Part shown: in pieces, positions 50,107-60,725 of the stretch
Numbering within the stretch: position 1 is the stretch's first letter
How the letters are laid out: each line of letters begins with the position of its first letter
NCBI GenBank assembly: GCA_020024325.1
Contig: JAHHTY010000001.1
Location: 39-64,038, forward strand
Direction: 5' to 3'
DNA length: 64,000 bases
Source of the DNA: Negativibacillus sp.
GTDB lineage: Bacteria > Bacillota > Clostridia > Oscillospirales > Ruminococcaceae
Made by a program: the position numbers and the translations under genes
Notes under the pieces: generated by a model
Told to the model about the DNA's origin: nothing
The model's database searches: none
The model's input: only the letters and a program-made list of their open reading frames with translations

Positions 50107-50619
50107 TTATTTTACTGGTTTGTGCTGTACCGGATTCAGGCGACTGGCAATCCTTTCATGAACCTGTTCCGGCACGAAAGGTTTGATATTGCCTCCAAAA
50201 GAAGCAATCTGTTTTACCACGCTGGAGCTGAGATATTGATTTTCAGTGCTTGTTGTCAAAAAGACGGTTTCAACTTTATCGTATAATTGTTTGTTCATCA
50301 ATGCCATTTGAAACTCATACTCAAAGTCGGAAACTGCCCGAAGCCCTTTGACAATCGCACAAGCTCCCACATCTCGAACATAATCTACAAGCAGACCTTC
50401 ATAGCTGTCTACCTCTACGCCCGACAAATTATCTACCGACGAACGAATCAATTCTACACGCTCTTGCAAAGAAAATTGGGGTTGCTTCTGGGCATTGATA
50501 ACTACAAGTACAATTACCCTGTCAAACAGACCTTGCGCTCTGCGGATAATGTCCATATGACCTTTGGTAATTGGGTCAAAACTTCCCGGAACAACTGCGA
50601 TTCTTTTCTGCTGATTCAT
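50107..50619 (-). CDS. coaD: Phosphopantetheine adenylyltransferase
   Basis: PGSFDPIT.GH.DII.R, GLRAVSDFEYE, SSSVVK. Confidence 0.96.
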   Translation of the reverse strand: MNQQKRIAVVPGSFDPITKGHMDIIRRAQGLFDRVIVLVVINAQKQPQFSLQERVELIRSSVDNLSGVEVDSYEGLLVDYVRDVGACAIVKGLRAVSDFEYEFQMALMNKQLYDKVETVFLTTSTENQYLSSSVVKQIASFGGNIKPFVPEQVHERIASRLNPVQHKPVK

Positions 50620-50623
50620 CCGG

Positions 50624-51178
50624 TTATTCTTCCCCCTCCGGTTCCCTTTTGCGGTAAACTGTTACCTTCGCTTTTCCGTAAAGGTAAGTTTTGGTTTCGA
50701 CATATTCTCCTGCCTGCTCTGGCAGCGTTTCGTTGCGCTCAGTTTCGCAAACAATGATTCCGTTCTCTTCCAATCTTTCTACTGCCAAAGGCAAAACAGC
50801 ATCAATCATTTGCTGCTGATAAGGGGGATCTAAAAAGATGACATCAAACTTCTGCGAACCATTCTGTAAGAAGGATTTTGCTTCCATCTGGGCTACTCTT
50901 GCCTGCTCCATCAAGCCACAATGTTTGAGGTTTGTTTTGACAACCTCAACTGCTTTGGAGGAGCTGTCAATAAATACTGCCTGTTTTGCACCTCTGCTGA
51001 GTGCTTCGATGCCCATTTGCCCTGAACCGGCAAACAAATCCAGAAAGACACAGCCCTCCACATAATTTTGAATAATATTAAATACCGCCTGCTTTGTCAT
51101 ATCGGAAGATGGTCTGGTATCCAGCCCCTGCGGAGCCTCCAGATTTCTTCCTCTTGCAAGACCTGTGGTAACTCTCAT
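50624..51178 (-). CDS. rsmD: 16S rRNA m2G966 methyltransferase
   Basis: LDLFAGSG.MGIEALSRGA, FLDPPY. Confidence 0.93.
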   Translation of the reverse strand: MRVTTGLARGRNLEAPQGLDTRPSSDMTKQAVFNIIQNYVEGCVFLDLFAGSGQMGIEALSRGAKQAVFIDSSSKAVEVVKTNLKHCGLMEQARVAQMEAKSFLQNGSQKFDVIFLDPPYQQQMIDAVLPLAVERLEENGIIVCETERNETLPEQAGEYVETKTYLYGKAKVTVYRKREPEGEE

Positions 51179-51315
51179 ATCTTTTTCCTTTCCTAGGAAC
51201 AAAATTCCCAATGTTAATTCTCTTTTATTATCTTCGTTTTCCTACGATTTGTCAATGGTAAGTCAAACATTTTCCCTTCCATCAAACACAGTTAATAAAG
51301 ATGAAATGAATCAAG

Positions 51316-53220
51316 TTATTTTTCTTTACTGTGCAGTGCTTGATAAAGGTTCAGGGCTGTCAGATGAGTCATGCTCGGTGTTTCTTCTAACTGTTCCAGT
51401 GTTGCCGCTTCCATTGCTTTGAGCGTTCTAAAACGTAAAAACAAATTCTTTGCCCGTTTTTCACCAATACCTTCTACCGACCGCAGCACCGAATCCATTG
51501 CACGGTTTTGGTGTTTTGAACGGGAATAGGTGATTGAAAAACGATGAACCTCATCCTGAATATTTATCAGCATATCAAATGCTGCATGGAAAGAAGAAAC
51601 CGAAAGTTCTCCGTCTTCAGTTGCAATGGTTCTGGTTCGATGGCGGTCATCTTTTGCCATACCGAATATGGGAATATCAAATCCCATCTGCTGCACAATC
51701 GGTTTTACTGTTGCAACATGACCTTTGCCTCCGTCCAAAAGGATCAAATCCGGCAATCTGCCAAAGCCCACTCCTTCTTCTTTATGTTGAGAATAGCGTT
51801 CCAGCCTGCGGGTGATAACCTCTCTCATCGAAGCGTAATCATCCGGTTTGCCAACTACCGAACGTACCGAAAACTTGCGATAAGCTCCTTTAAGCGGTCT
51901 TCCTCCCTCAAAAACGACCATACCTGCTACGATGGTTTGGTTTCCGATGTTAGAAATATCGTAAGCTTCGATATAGTTTGGGATTTGGTGCAGTCCCAGC
52001 AGCCTTGCCAGCTCATCCAAAGCAGAAATTTCACGGCTGGTTCTTTTGGTTTGTTCTGCAATCTGCTGGCTTGCATTTTCCTTTGCCATTTGCAGCAGCT
52101 TCATCTGATCCCCTTTTTGCGGAAGAAGAAGTTGGACATTTCTTCCTGCTTTTTTGCAAAGATATTTTTCCAATTCTTCTGCACAGCTGCTCTCACCATC
52201 TAGAACTACCGCTTTTGGTACACTGTTCTTCATATTATAATAGCTTAAAACAAACTGTGTTCTCAGTTCTTTAAGAACATTTTCCATGATCTGATCCTGC
52301 TTGCCTTCTTCGTTTCCAAAGAAAGCCGCATCGGAAAATTCTGCCATTTCATCCAGCATAAAATATTCTTTATCCACTAAGCGATAATCACGGAATTGCA
52401 GCACCACAGCACAGCATTTGATAGAGGACTGCACCAGTGCAATCACATCTTCTTCCTCATATCTGATAGATACTACCTTTTGGTTTTCATTTAACCCTTG
52501 TATTGCGCGGATTCTATCACGGTACCGAGCTGCTTTTTCAAACTGGAGGTTTTCTGATGCCTGCATCATCTTTTCGGTTAAAACCTTTTGAATATTGCTG
52601 CCTGATCCTTTCAAAAAGTTGACCGCTTCCTCCAATGCCTCAGCGTATTCCTCTGCTGAAATCTTTCCACTGCACGGAGCCATACACTGTTTAATATGAA
52701 AATTCAGACAAGGACGCTGTTTACCAATATCCTGTGGGAAATTTCGGGTGCAGGTCGGCAGCAAAAACGCTTTGTTTACTTCATCTACCGTTTGATTTAC
52801 CACATATCCCGAAAGATAGGGTCCTAAATATCTTGCCCCGTCTTTTTGCGGTTGGTGGCTTGCAGTAATTTTGCCATACTCCCCATTTCCGATTCGGATA
52901 TAATGATATCCTTTATCATCTTTTAAAAGGATATTATACTTTGGAGAATGTTGTTTGATAAAGCTGCATTCTAACACCAACGCTTCAAACTCGCTGGAGG
53001 TTACAATATATTCAAAATCCCAGACATTCTCTACCATACGATAAACCTTAGGAGTATGTTTATCTACACTGCGAAAGTAACTGCTGACACGGTTTTTCAG
53101 TGCCTTTGCTTTTCCGATATAAATAATTTGCCCCTTTTTATCCTTCATAATATAAATGCCTGGATTTAACGGCAATTTTTTTACCTTATCTCTTAGATAA
53201 TCTAATCTGGGGTTATCCAC
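51316..53220 (-). CDS. uvrC: Excinuclease ABC subunit C
   Basis: GIY-YIG (PGIY...IYIGKA..L.NRV.SYF), EAYDIS, DGGKG, HhH GIGEKR; GTG start. Confidence 0.97.
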   Translation of the reverse strand: MDNPRLDYLRDKVKKLPLNPGIYIMKDKKGQIIYIGKAKALKNRVSSYFRSVDKHTPKVYRMVENVWDFEYIVTSSEFEALVLECSFIKQHSPKYNILLKDDKGYHYIRIGNGEYGKITASHQPQKDGARYLGPYLSGYVVNQTVDEVNKAFLLPTCTRNFPQDIGKQRPCLNFHIKQCMAPCSGKISAEEYAEALEEAVNFLKGSGSNIQKVLTEKMMQASENLQFEKAARYRDRIRAIQGLNENQKVVSIRYEEEDVIALVQSSIKCCAVVLQFRDYRLVDKEYFMLDEMAEFSDAAFFGNEEGKQDQIMENVLKELRTQFVLSYYNMKNSVPKAVVLDGESSCAEELEKYLCKKAGRNVQLLLPQKGDQMKLLQMAKENASQQIAEQTKRTSREISALDELARLLGLHQIPNYIEAYDISNIGNQTIVAGMVVFEGGRPLKGAYRKFSVRSVVGKPDDYASMREVITRRLERYSQHKEEGVGFGRLPDLILLDGGKGHVATVKPIVQQMGFDIPIFGMAKDDRHRTRTIATEDGELSVSSFHAAFDMLINIQDEVHRFSITYSRSKHQNRAMDSVLRSVEGIGEKRAKNLFLRFRTLKAMEAATLEQLEETPSMTHLTALNLYQALHSKEK

Positions 53221-53337
53221 AAAGTTCCTCCCTGCAAAATAAATGTAAAAAAGGTGTATCAGCCAAAACGGGCCAATACACCTTTCAGGTTCTTATGCGA
53301 CTGATTCGTAGCCGAAGCTTTTGGCTAAAGCTGCTAA

Positions 53338-53601
53338 TTATTCAGCAAAACCGGATTCTACCAGCTCTACCAGGCTTTCAACAGCTTCTTTTTCATCTGC
53401 TCCGTCAGCAATAATGCGGATGGTGGTTCCGCCAACGATACCCAAAGACAAAACGCCCAGAAGGCTCTTGGCATTTACTCTGCGATCCTCTTTCTCAACC
53501 CAGATAGAAGCTTTATATTCATTTGCTTTCTGGATAAAAAATGTTGCTGGACGTGCATGAAGACCAACCTGATTCTGTACCACTACTTCTTTTACAAACA
53601 T
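53338..53601 (-). CDS. ptsH: Phosphocarrier protein HPr
   Basis: GLHARPA (His15) and NAKSLLGVLSL (Ser46). Confidence 0.95.
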   Translation of the reverse strand: MFVKEVVVQNQVGLHARPATFFIQKANEYKASIWVEKEDRRVNAKSLLGVLSLGIVGGTTIRIIADGADEKEAVESLVELVESGFAE

Positions 53602-53982
53602 TTCAGTTACTCCCCTGTTCTAAGATGTTTAAAAATTCTCAATTTAAGACAGTGTAAAAAAGGGTAAAAAAAATAACGGATTCCTTTCTTTTATCTGCCT
53701 GTTTCTTGACACAAATTTATTATATCACAAAGGCACTTTTCGTCAACGCATATTTTGCTATTCTTTTACATTGAACTACGATTTTCTGCTTCTTTTCTAT
53801 ATGAAGGCTTAGAAAAGAGATTGTGTTTGTTTGTATTCACTATAAAGTTTTCAACATAGCTGTCATTATATACATTTTTTATCATGTATTTCCTCTACAA
53901 AGGAATCAATATAATATATGCCCAATCTATATTTTTGTCCGCAGAGTTTTATTCTGGCAATTTTATTTCCATTAAAATAAAA

Positions 53983-54738
53983 TTACAGGTCTTCATTCAA
54001 CTGTTCCTGAAGCCAACGGCACTCCTTTTGAGTTAACTTTCCTTCGTCGATTGCTTTTTGCAGCAGATCCGGACGTTTGTGTGCTGTTTCAAGAATAGAC
54101 TGCTCTCTCTGCCACTTCATAATGTTGGCGTGATGCCCGCTTGCGAGAACGGGAGGAACTTCTTTGTCGTGCCAAACCGGTGGACGGGTATACTGTGGAT
54201 ATTCCAGCAGCCCGTCATAGTGACTTTCTTCTGTAAAACACACTTCCTCGGATAACACACCCGGGCATAGTCTGCCAACTGCATCAGCAACCACCATTGC
54301 TCCCAGCTCGCCACCGGTCAAAACATAATCTCCCAAAGAAATTTCTTCATCAATAATTTCATCTAAAACCCTTTGGTCTACCCCTTCATAATGCCCACAC
54401 AGGATAAAAATATTCTCCATCTCTCGAAGTTCTCCCGCACGTTTTTGTGTGAAAGGCATTCCTTTTGGAGACATATAGATGGTGTGCGGTTTTGTTCCAA
54501 TCATATCGCACACCGCCTGATAACAGTTATAGATTGGTTCTGTTTGCATCAACATCCCCTTGCCGCCGCCATAAGGGGTGTCATCTACACGGCGATGTTT
54601 ATCCTGTGTATAATCCCGAATATTATGGCAAAAAATTTCAAGCTTTCCTGCACGTCTGGCTCTGCCGATAATACTCTCGCCTAAAACCGTTTCACACATT
54701 TCCGGAAAGAGTGTTGCAATATCAATCCTCATCGTCAA
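53983..54738 (-). CDS. trmD: tRNA (guanine-N1)-methyltransferase
   Basis: VDDTPYGGG.GM, CGHYEGVDQR, SLGDYVLTGGE, LEYPQYTRP; start TTG 54738 or ATG 54732. Confidence 0.97.
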   Translation of the reverse strand: MTMRIDIATLFPEMCETVLGESIIGRARRAGKLEIFCHNIRDYTQDKHRRVDDTPYGGGKGMLMQTEPIYNCYQAVCDMIGTKPHTIYMSPKGMPFTQKRAGELREMENIFILCGHYEGVDQRVLDEIIDEEISLGDYVLTGGELGAMVVADAVGRLCPGVLSEEVCFTEESHYDGLLEYPQYTRPPVWHDKEVPPVLASGHHANIMKWQREQSILETAHKRPDLLQKAIDEGKLTQKECRWLQEQLNEDL

Positions 54739-55240
54739 ACAGTCCCTCCAGTGGACGAATCTTCATTACACCGCCCTCAAGATCCACCTCCAGCACTACC
54801 TGAGGAATTGCCGGAATCAGACGCTCTTTACCATCCGCAAAGAGAATATGATAAACATCATTTGCACCGGTGGGACTAACCTGCGTTAACTTTCCATAAA
54901 CATGTCCATCATCTGCGTCGATTACCTGCAAGCCCATCAAATCTTGAATGAGGTATTCCCCTTCTTCCATCGGAATATCGTCACGGTGAACATAGATAAT
55001 CTTGTCACGCAATTTTGCAGCGTCCTCAATAGAGTCAATACCTTCCAGCTTTAAGAGAGGCATATTTTTTGCATAACGCATTCCCAAAAGCTTTATTGGC
55101 TTTGTTCCTTTTGCATCCAAATAAAGCGTTTGAATATCATAAAACATATCCGGGTCATCACACCACGGATAAAGCTTTAATTCGCCTTTAATTCCGTGAG
55201 TGGTTACAATTTTACCAGCCTCGATATATTCTTTTCTCAA
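54722..55240 (-). CDS. rimM: Ribosome maturation factor RimM
   Basis: GKIV.THGIKGE, TGANDVY, LIPAI; position before trmD. Confidence 0.95.
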   Translation of the reverse strand: MRKEYIEAGKIVTTHGIKGELKLYPWCDDPDMFYDIQTLYLDAKGTKPIKLLGMRYAKNMPLLKLEGIDSIEDAAKLRDKIIYVHRDDIPMEEGEYLIQDLMGLQVIDADDGHVYGKLTQVSPTGANDVYHILFADGKERLIPAIPQVVLEVDLEGGVMKIRPLEGLFDDED

Positions 55241-55368
55241 CGCTATATCCTCCTTTTCCTTTTGGGTTATATAAATTTTTATATCTATAAAAAAAGGACG
55301 CCCAGGGCTTAAACTTGCCCTTGCGCCCTTTTAGATGATCCTGTTTCAGATAATGATTACAAGAAATC

Positions 55369-55602
55369 TTAATCGATTTCAACTGCAACCTTCTGTTCAA
55401 CCTTACCGGCAGTGGATCTTACGATTGTCCGAATTGCTTTTGCAATTCTGCCCTGTTTACCGATAACTCTGCCCATATCATCAGCTGCGACATGGAGATG
55501 GTATACAACCGTTCCGTCCTCTTTTGGTTCATCAACAGTTACGGAAACTGCGTCCTTATCGTCCACAAGACCCTTTACAATAGTAATAATCAATTCCTGC
55601 AT
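55369..55602 (-). CDS. khpA: KH-domain RNA-binding protein KhpA
   Basis: DMGRVIGKQGRIAKAIR; lies between rpsP and rimM. Confidence 0.93.
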   Translation of the reverse strand: MQELIITIVKGLVDDKDAVSVTVDEPKEDGTVVYHLHVAADDMGRVIGKQGRIAKAIRTIVRSTAGKVEQKVAVEID

Positions 55603-55615
55603 TTGCGATTACCTC

Positions 55616-55858
55616 CTACAGGATATTGTTCGCTTTAAGCAGGGATCGAACTGTGTCGGTTGGCTGAGCGCCGTTGGACATCCATTTTTTTGCTTTTTCA
55701 GCATCAACCTTAACGGTAGCTGGAGTCTGTGCCGGATCATAGTAACCGATCTCTTCAATAAATCTACCGTTGCGTGGATAACGGGAATCAGCTACAACGA
55801 TACGATAGAAAGGAGCTTTTTTAGCACCCATTCTGCGAAGTCTAATTTTAACAGCCAT
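55616..55858 (-). CDS. rpsP: 30S ribosomal protein S16
   Basis: [26 protein letters not shown]. Confidence 0.98.
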   Translation of the reverse strand: MAVKIRLRRMGAKKAPFYRIVVADSRYPRNGRFIEEIGYYDPAQTPATVKVDAEKAKKWMSNGAQPTDTVRSLLKANNIL

Positions 55859-55926
55859 TTCTGTCACCTCCTGAACCTTTCAAAACTCTATATCAACTTC
55901 CTCGGGAATTTGATAAACCATTTTAA

Positions 55927-57291
55927 TTACATTGGGGGCATATTTTTGAGCATTGCCGGATTAAACGGCATTCTTCTGCGACGCTTTCCGTTTTTGCCCT
56001 TACCGCCCAACATTTTCATCATATCCTTCATCTGCTTATACTGCTTGAGCACACGGTTTACCCTTGGAACATCGGTACCGCTGCCTGTTGCAATTCTGCG
56101 TTTTCTTGCCGGATTGATGATATCGGGATTTGCCCTCTCCTGCTTTGTCATCGAATTGATGATAGCCTCCAGATACTTGATCTCCTGTTCCCCTGCCTGT
56201 GCGGTTTCATCGGTAATTTTACCGGACATACCAGGGAACATCTCAAGAATCTTACCCAAAGGGCCCATATTTCTTACCTGCTTAATTTGTTCCAGCAGGT
56301 CATCCATATCAAAAGAATTTTCCTTGAGCTTTTTTGCAACTTCCAAAGCTTTTTGCTCATCCACTTCGTCCTGTGCTTTCTCAATCAAGGTGAGCACATC
56401 GCCCATTCCCAAGATTCTTGAAGCCATACGATCCGGATGGAACACCTCAAGGTCATCGAGTTTTTCGCCCATACCCGCAAATTTAATCGGTTTACCGGTC
56501 ACTGCTCTAACAGACAGCGCTGCACCGCCTCGGGTATCACCATCGAGCTTTGTTAAGATTACACCGTCAATTCCCAGTGCATCATTAAAACTCTGTGCCA
56601 CATTAACAGCATCCTGACCGGTCATTGCATCAATGACAAGCAGAATTTCGTTTGGATGAACTTCAGACTTAATATCCTGAAGTTCCTGCATCAGCTGCTC
56701 GTCAATGTGTAAACGACCGGCTGTATCCAAAATTACAATATCATTTCCATAGTCTTTTGCATGGCGGATTGCATTTTTTGCAATCTCCACCGGGCTAATG
56801 GTACCCATCTCAAAAACAGGCGTTTGAACCTGTTCACCTACCACCTTCAACTGCTCGATTGCAGCCGGACGGTAGATGTCACAAGCAACCAACAGCGGAC
56901 GCTTTCCCTGCTTGCGGAACATTTTTGCAAGTTTTGCCGAGTGGGTCGTTTTACCGGAACCCTGCAAACCGCACATCATAATAACTGTTGGGATTTTGGT
57001 TGAGAAATTGATTCTGCTGTCGGTCGAGCCCATCAGCTCGGTCAGCTCGTCCCTTACAATCTTGATAACCTGCTGAGCCGGTGTTAAGCTGGTTAGAACC
57101 TCTTCGCCCACTGCCTTTTCAGTAACGGTTTTTACAAAGTCTTTTGCAACCTTATAGTTTACATCCGCTTCCAGCAGCGCCAGACGCACCTCTCGCATTG
57201 CTTCTTTTACATCATTCTCGGAAAGTTTTCCTTTCGACTTGAGCTTTTTAAAGGCTTGATTGAGTTTTTCCGCAAGTCCCTCGAATGCCAT
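55927..57291 (-). CDS. ffh: Signal recognition particle protein
   Basis: ALLEADV, GLQGSGKTT, DTAGR, TKLDGDTRGG; Met-rich M domain. Confidence 0.98.
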   Translation of the reverse strand: MAFEGLAEKLNQAFKKLKSKGKLSENDVKEAMREVRLALLEADVNYKVAKDFVKTVTEKAVGEEVLTSLTPAQQVIKIVRDELTELMGSTDSRINFSTKIPTVIMMCGLQGSGKTTHSAKLAKMFRKQGKRPLLVACDIYRPAAIEQLKVVGEQVQTPVFEMGTISPVEIAKNAIRHAKDYGNDIVILDTAGRLHIDEQLMQELQDIKSEVHPNEILLVIDAMTGQDAVNVAQSFNDALGIDGVILTKLDGDTRGGAALSVRAVTGKPIKFAGMGEKLDDLEVFHPDRMASRILGMGDVLTLIEKAQDEVDEQKALEVAKKLKENSFDMDDLLEQIKQVRNMGPLGKILEMFPGMSGKITDETAQAGEQEIKYLEAIINSMTKQERANPDIINPARKRRIATGSGTDVPRVNRVLKQYKQMKDMMKMLGGKGKNGKRRRRMPFNPAMLKNMPPM

Positions 57292-57323
57292 CGGTGTTCC
57301 CCCTTTTTCACTGCTGTGAAGTT

Positions 57324-57686
57324 TTAGTCGTCAATCTGTTGTGCAAGTTCTACTATCTTTTCAGCTTTCTTTTGTATCTTTTGTGCGGAGGAGTATCGCT
57401 CTGCTTCAAAGGCAATTTCCTTTGCACAGTCTGTGATTTCCTCCAGCTTTTTCTGATACTCCCGAAATTTTTTTGCCAGCCCCATGCGCTCTTCCATTTC
57501 CAGCAAAGTTGATTCTGCACGTTTAATGCTGTCACGCACACCCTGTCGGGTAATGTTTGCAAACTGAGCAATTTCTGCAAGGGAAAGATCTTCATTATAA
57601 TAAAGCTGCACAACCTCCAGCTGTTTCTCGGTCAACATCTGACCATAGTAGTCCAGCAAAATTGAGATTTCCAAATTTTTTGCCAT
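57324..57686 (-). CDS. ylxM: YlxM-family HTH protein (UPF0122)
   Basis: LLDYYGQMLTEKQ...YY.EDLSLAEIA....ITRQGV.D.IKR; directly upstream of ffh. Confidence 0.95.
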   Translation of the reverse strand: MAKNLEISILLDYYGQMLTEKQLEVVQLYYNEDLSLAEIAQFANITRQGVRDSIKRAESTLLEMEERMGLAKKFREYQKKLEEITDCAKEIAFEAERYSSAQKIQKKAEKIVELAQQIDD

Positions 57687-57725
57687 TGTGCAGCTCCCTT
57701 TCCTGTTCGGATGTCAGCCTTATGT

Positions 57726-57805
57726 GTAAAGGTAAACACCTTTACTGAACTTACCTTTGATATTATAACCGAGCCGCTGCTGTCTGTCAAGGCTTTTTCC
57801 TTTAC
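57726..57805 (-). promoter_or_regulatory. ylxM-ffh promoter (TTGACA-17bp-TATAAT) flanked by two GT[A/C]AAGG-N6-CCTTTAC dyads
   Basis: Dyads at 57726-45 and 57786-805; -35 at 57790-85; -10 at 57767-62. Confidence 0.7.
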
Positions 57806-57908
57806 ACTTAGGAAAAACTTCTTTGTTAAAAAGCAATTATCTTTCAGTAATTTTGACGAATACAACTACTTTCATTACCTTATATAAAGAATACCGATTT
57901 TTGTCATT

Positions 57909-57940
57909 AAAAAAAGCTGTTCAAAATGAACAGCTTTTTT
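57909..57940 (-). terminator. Terminator after ltaE
   Basis: AAAAAAGCTGTTCA-AAA-TGAACAGCTTTTTT. Confidence 0.8.
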
Positions 57941-57942
57941 CT

Positions 57943-58977
57943 TTAGAGGGCTGCGATATCTTTCAGCAGTTCCTGTACATTTTCTTCTTTTGTACCCCAG
58001 CTGGTGCAAAAACGGATTATGGTATGGGTGTCATCATACTTTTCCCATTCCTGATAAACATATTTTTTGCTCAGTGTTTCCATCTGTGCATCAGTCAAAA
58101 TTGCAAACTGCTGATTAGTGGAAGAATCACCCCACATTTCAATACCCTTTGCTTCAAATGCTTTTCTGATTGCAATGGAATAATCTACTGCTTTTTTGCA
58201 GATATCGAAATAGAGATTATCCTCAAACAGAACATCGAACTGGATTCCCAGCAAACGACCCTTAGCAAGAAGCGCACCATGTTCTTTAATGATATAACGA
58301 AAATCTTTCTTCAAAGATTCGTTTGTGATGACCAGCGCCTCACCCATCAGTGCACCGCACTTTGTTCCGCCAATATAGAACATATCGCTCAAATCTGCAA
58401 TATCTTCTAAGGTAACATCCACATCAGGGCTTGTCAGACCATAACCCAAACGTGCACCGTCTATATACAGTGGCAAGTCGTATTCATGGCAAGCATTGCT
58501 TAAATCAATCAGCTGCTCTTTTGTGTACAATGTTCCAATCTCAGTTGGAAAAGAGATGTATACCATGCCCGGCTGTACAGTATGTTCCCTCATGGTATCC
58601 GCTAAATGATGATGACAGTATTCTCTTACCTGATCACCTGTAATAAGACCGTTGACAGCCGGTAAAGGCAAAACCTTGTGTCCGGTTGCTTCGATCGCAC
58701 CTGTTTCGTGGCAAGCAATATGACCTTCGTCTGCTGCCAAAACGCCCTGATATGGGCGAAGGATAGCAGAGATTGCCGTCAAGTTTGTCTGTGTACCTCC
58801 TACCATGAAGTGAACATCTGCGTTCGTTTTTTTACAGGCCGCTTGAATTTTTGCTCTTGCACTGTCACAATAATGGTCAACACCATATCCCGGAAGCTGT
58901 TCCATATTACTTTCTACTATTTTTTCCAGAATTTTAGGGTGTCCTGCCTCCACATAATCACAGTTAAAATGAATCAT
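57943..58977 (-). CDS. ltaE: Low-specificity L-threonine aldolase (PLP, beta-eliminating lyase family)
   Basis: GYG.D, GGTQTN, HI..HETGAIE, DGARL, IGGTKCG. Confidence 0.88.
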   Translation of the reverse strand: MIHFNCDYVEAGHPKILEKIVESNMEQLPGYGVDHYCDSARAKIQAACKKTNADVHFMVGGTQTNLTAISAILRPYQGVLAADEGHIACHETGAIEATGHKVLPLPAVNGLITGDQVREYCHHHLADTMREHTVQPGMVYISFPTEIGTLYTKEQLIDLSNACHEYDLPLYIDGARLGYGLTSPDVDVTLEDIADLSDMFYIGGTKCGALMGEALVITNESLKKDFRYIIKEHGALLAKGRLLGIQFDVLFEDNLYFDICKKAVDYSIAIRKAFEAKGIEMWGDSSTNQQFAILTDAQMETLSKKYVYQEWEKYDDTHTIIRFCTSWGTKEENVQELLKDIAAL

Positions 58978-59060
58978 GATGCGTCCTCCTCATTATACTC
59001 TTACACAAAAAATATTTTAATAAAATACTATCTTATTTTTTACACACCTATTAGAATTTT

Positions 59061-59591
59061 TTATTCTCGGTTCATAACCCGCACTTGGATTCCCTGCAGC
59101 ACATCCAGTGCTTTGCAGTTCATCTCATCATCATTGCTGGCTGTACAATTTGCGTCTACCATCAACTCGGCTTCGGGCAATGCTGCTTTAAGAAGTACCG
59201 CATTGGACAGCACGCAAATATTAGATACTACACCGCATAGTTCTATCTGTTCAAAGCCCTGTTTTTTTGCATATTCGGCAAGTTCCCAAGAGCCAAAGCA
59301 AGGTTTATAAAAACACCGGTCCTGTGGCTGTAAAAGTGCCTCTACCTCACCATACAACCTCCATCCGTCGGAACCTTTTGTGCAATGGGGAATTGGCAGA
59401 TTTTTTCCTTCCTGCGTTTGCAGATAGCTCTCATCATGTGTGTCAAAGGTAAAAAGGATTTCTGCCCCTTGTTTTCGATAAGTTTCTATCTTCTGACAAA
59501 TTGCTTTTTCCAAACTAACCGCCTTTGGAAATCCCAATGCACCATCTACAAAATCCTTTTGGTAATCTACTACTATCAAAGCCTGTTTCAT
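59061..59591 (-). CDS. Isochorismatase-family cysteine hydrolase (nicotinamidase-like)
   Basis: LIVVDYQKDFVDGAL, DTH, PHC..GSDGW, K..FGS, CV. Confidence 0.85.
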   Translation of the reverse strand: MKQALIVVDYQKDFVDGALGFPKAVSLEKAICQKIETYRKQGAEILFTFDTHDESYLQTQEGKNLPIPHCTKGSDGWRLYGEVEALLQPQDRCFYKPCFGSWELAEYAKKQGFEQIELCGVVSNICVLSNAVLLKAALPEAELMVDANCTASNDDEMNCKALDVLQGIQVRVMNRE

Positions 59592-59606
59592 TTTTTCCCT
59601 CCTTAA

Positions 59607-60446
59607 TTATGCTAAGCGTCCCATGCTGGCCACTCCGTGGATAGCATTAAACAAATCGGTATAATTATCAAAATCCATTTCCAGTGTTCGTCCGGAAATT
59701 CTGTGTATACCCGGCATTTGCTGGATTACATCACATTTTGCACTGTTGGTTAAATCCATTTGACAGTGATATGGTGCATCAAAAGTATACAGCGGAATCT
59801 TGCTGTAATCGCTGTCCAGCACCTTCTGCACTGCTGCAATGGTTTCCTCTCTCAACTGCGGCTTTGGTTTATAAACAGCTGCAAATCTTGCTAACGACTG
59901 TTTTGTGCAAACATACTCTGCCCAAGGCATCATTTTATCATCTTTCAGCTGTTTTTCCAGACCGGAGTCGCCAATGACAAGACCAACCGGTGTTTTATTC
60001 ACAATGCCCGCATATGCTGCGTTCAATGTGGTTTCATTCATCAATTTTCCATTCACAAACACATTTTGAACCGACGCCCCGGAATAAGTGTGGTCCATCG
60101 AGCTTGCCTGCTCACCTGCCCCACCGTGATACCCGACAAAAAATACCAAATCATAGCTTTCATCCATTGCCGGCATCATATACTGTGGGCGTGGGCTGCC
60201 ACTTACAAGCCACACTCTTGCATCTTTATCACTTAAATCATAAGATAGGTTTTCCCCTCCGCCATGAGAATCTGCAATCAGAATTTTGGTGATTTCACTG
60301 TTGCGTTTGCTTGCGGCAATGCCCTCCAACACCCATTCCACCTGTTGATTCATCGCTTTGCGAAAACGCTCTCTCTCTTCTGTTTCGTCCTTCCAGTGGG
60401 TAATTCCTGCCAGACCTTCCATGTCAACAGAAATATAAAGCTTCAT
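59607..60446 (-). CDS. dppA: D-aminopeptidase, peptidase family M55
   Basis: ISVDMEG, ADSHG, GYH, HT, NE zinc-ligand pattern. Confidence 0.9.
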   Translation of the reverse strand: MKLYISVDMEGLAGITHWKDETEERERFRKAMNQQVEWVLEGIAASKRNSEITKILIADSHGGGENLSYDLSDKDARVWLVSGSPRPQYMMPAMDESYDLVFFVGYHGGAGEQASSMDHTYSGASVQNVFVNGKLMNETTLNAAYAGIVNKTPVGLVIGDSGLEKQLKDDKMMPWAEYVCTKQSLARFAAVYKPKPQLREETIAAVQKVLDSDYSKIPLYTFDAPYHCQMDLTNSAKCDVIQQMPGIHRISGRTLEMDFDNYTDLFNAIHGVASMGRLA

Positions 60447-60725
60447 AAACTGCACAACCTTTCTTTTTATTCTTATTGAACGTTTTGAGCGGTTGCTTTT
60501 TCATCATTGTAGCACTGTCAAAACCTCAATAAAAGTCTTTTTTTTAACAATCTTTTGTTTTTCCAAAATTTTTTATATTTTTACTAAATATCTCATTTTA
60601 GGTTTAATTTTTCTTTCTTTTTCCAGAATTTATCCTAATCTTAACCCTTCTCTTATTGACATCAGCAAAAAAATCCTTTATATTTTATGTAACATATGTA
60701 TCATTTTATCTTTGGAGGATTTTTT

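Noticed and set aside
52270..52350. Extra segment in UvrC (AEFSDAAFFGNEEGKQDQ)
   Set aside because: Short in-frame loop insertion; no intein or intron signatures
55412..56617. 401-aa plus-strand ORF
   Set aside because: Antisense shadow of ffh/rpsP/khpA with no recognisable motif
60540..60640. CodY-like boxes between dppA and the MFS gene
   Set aside because: Only degenerate matches in very AT-rich DNA
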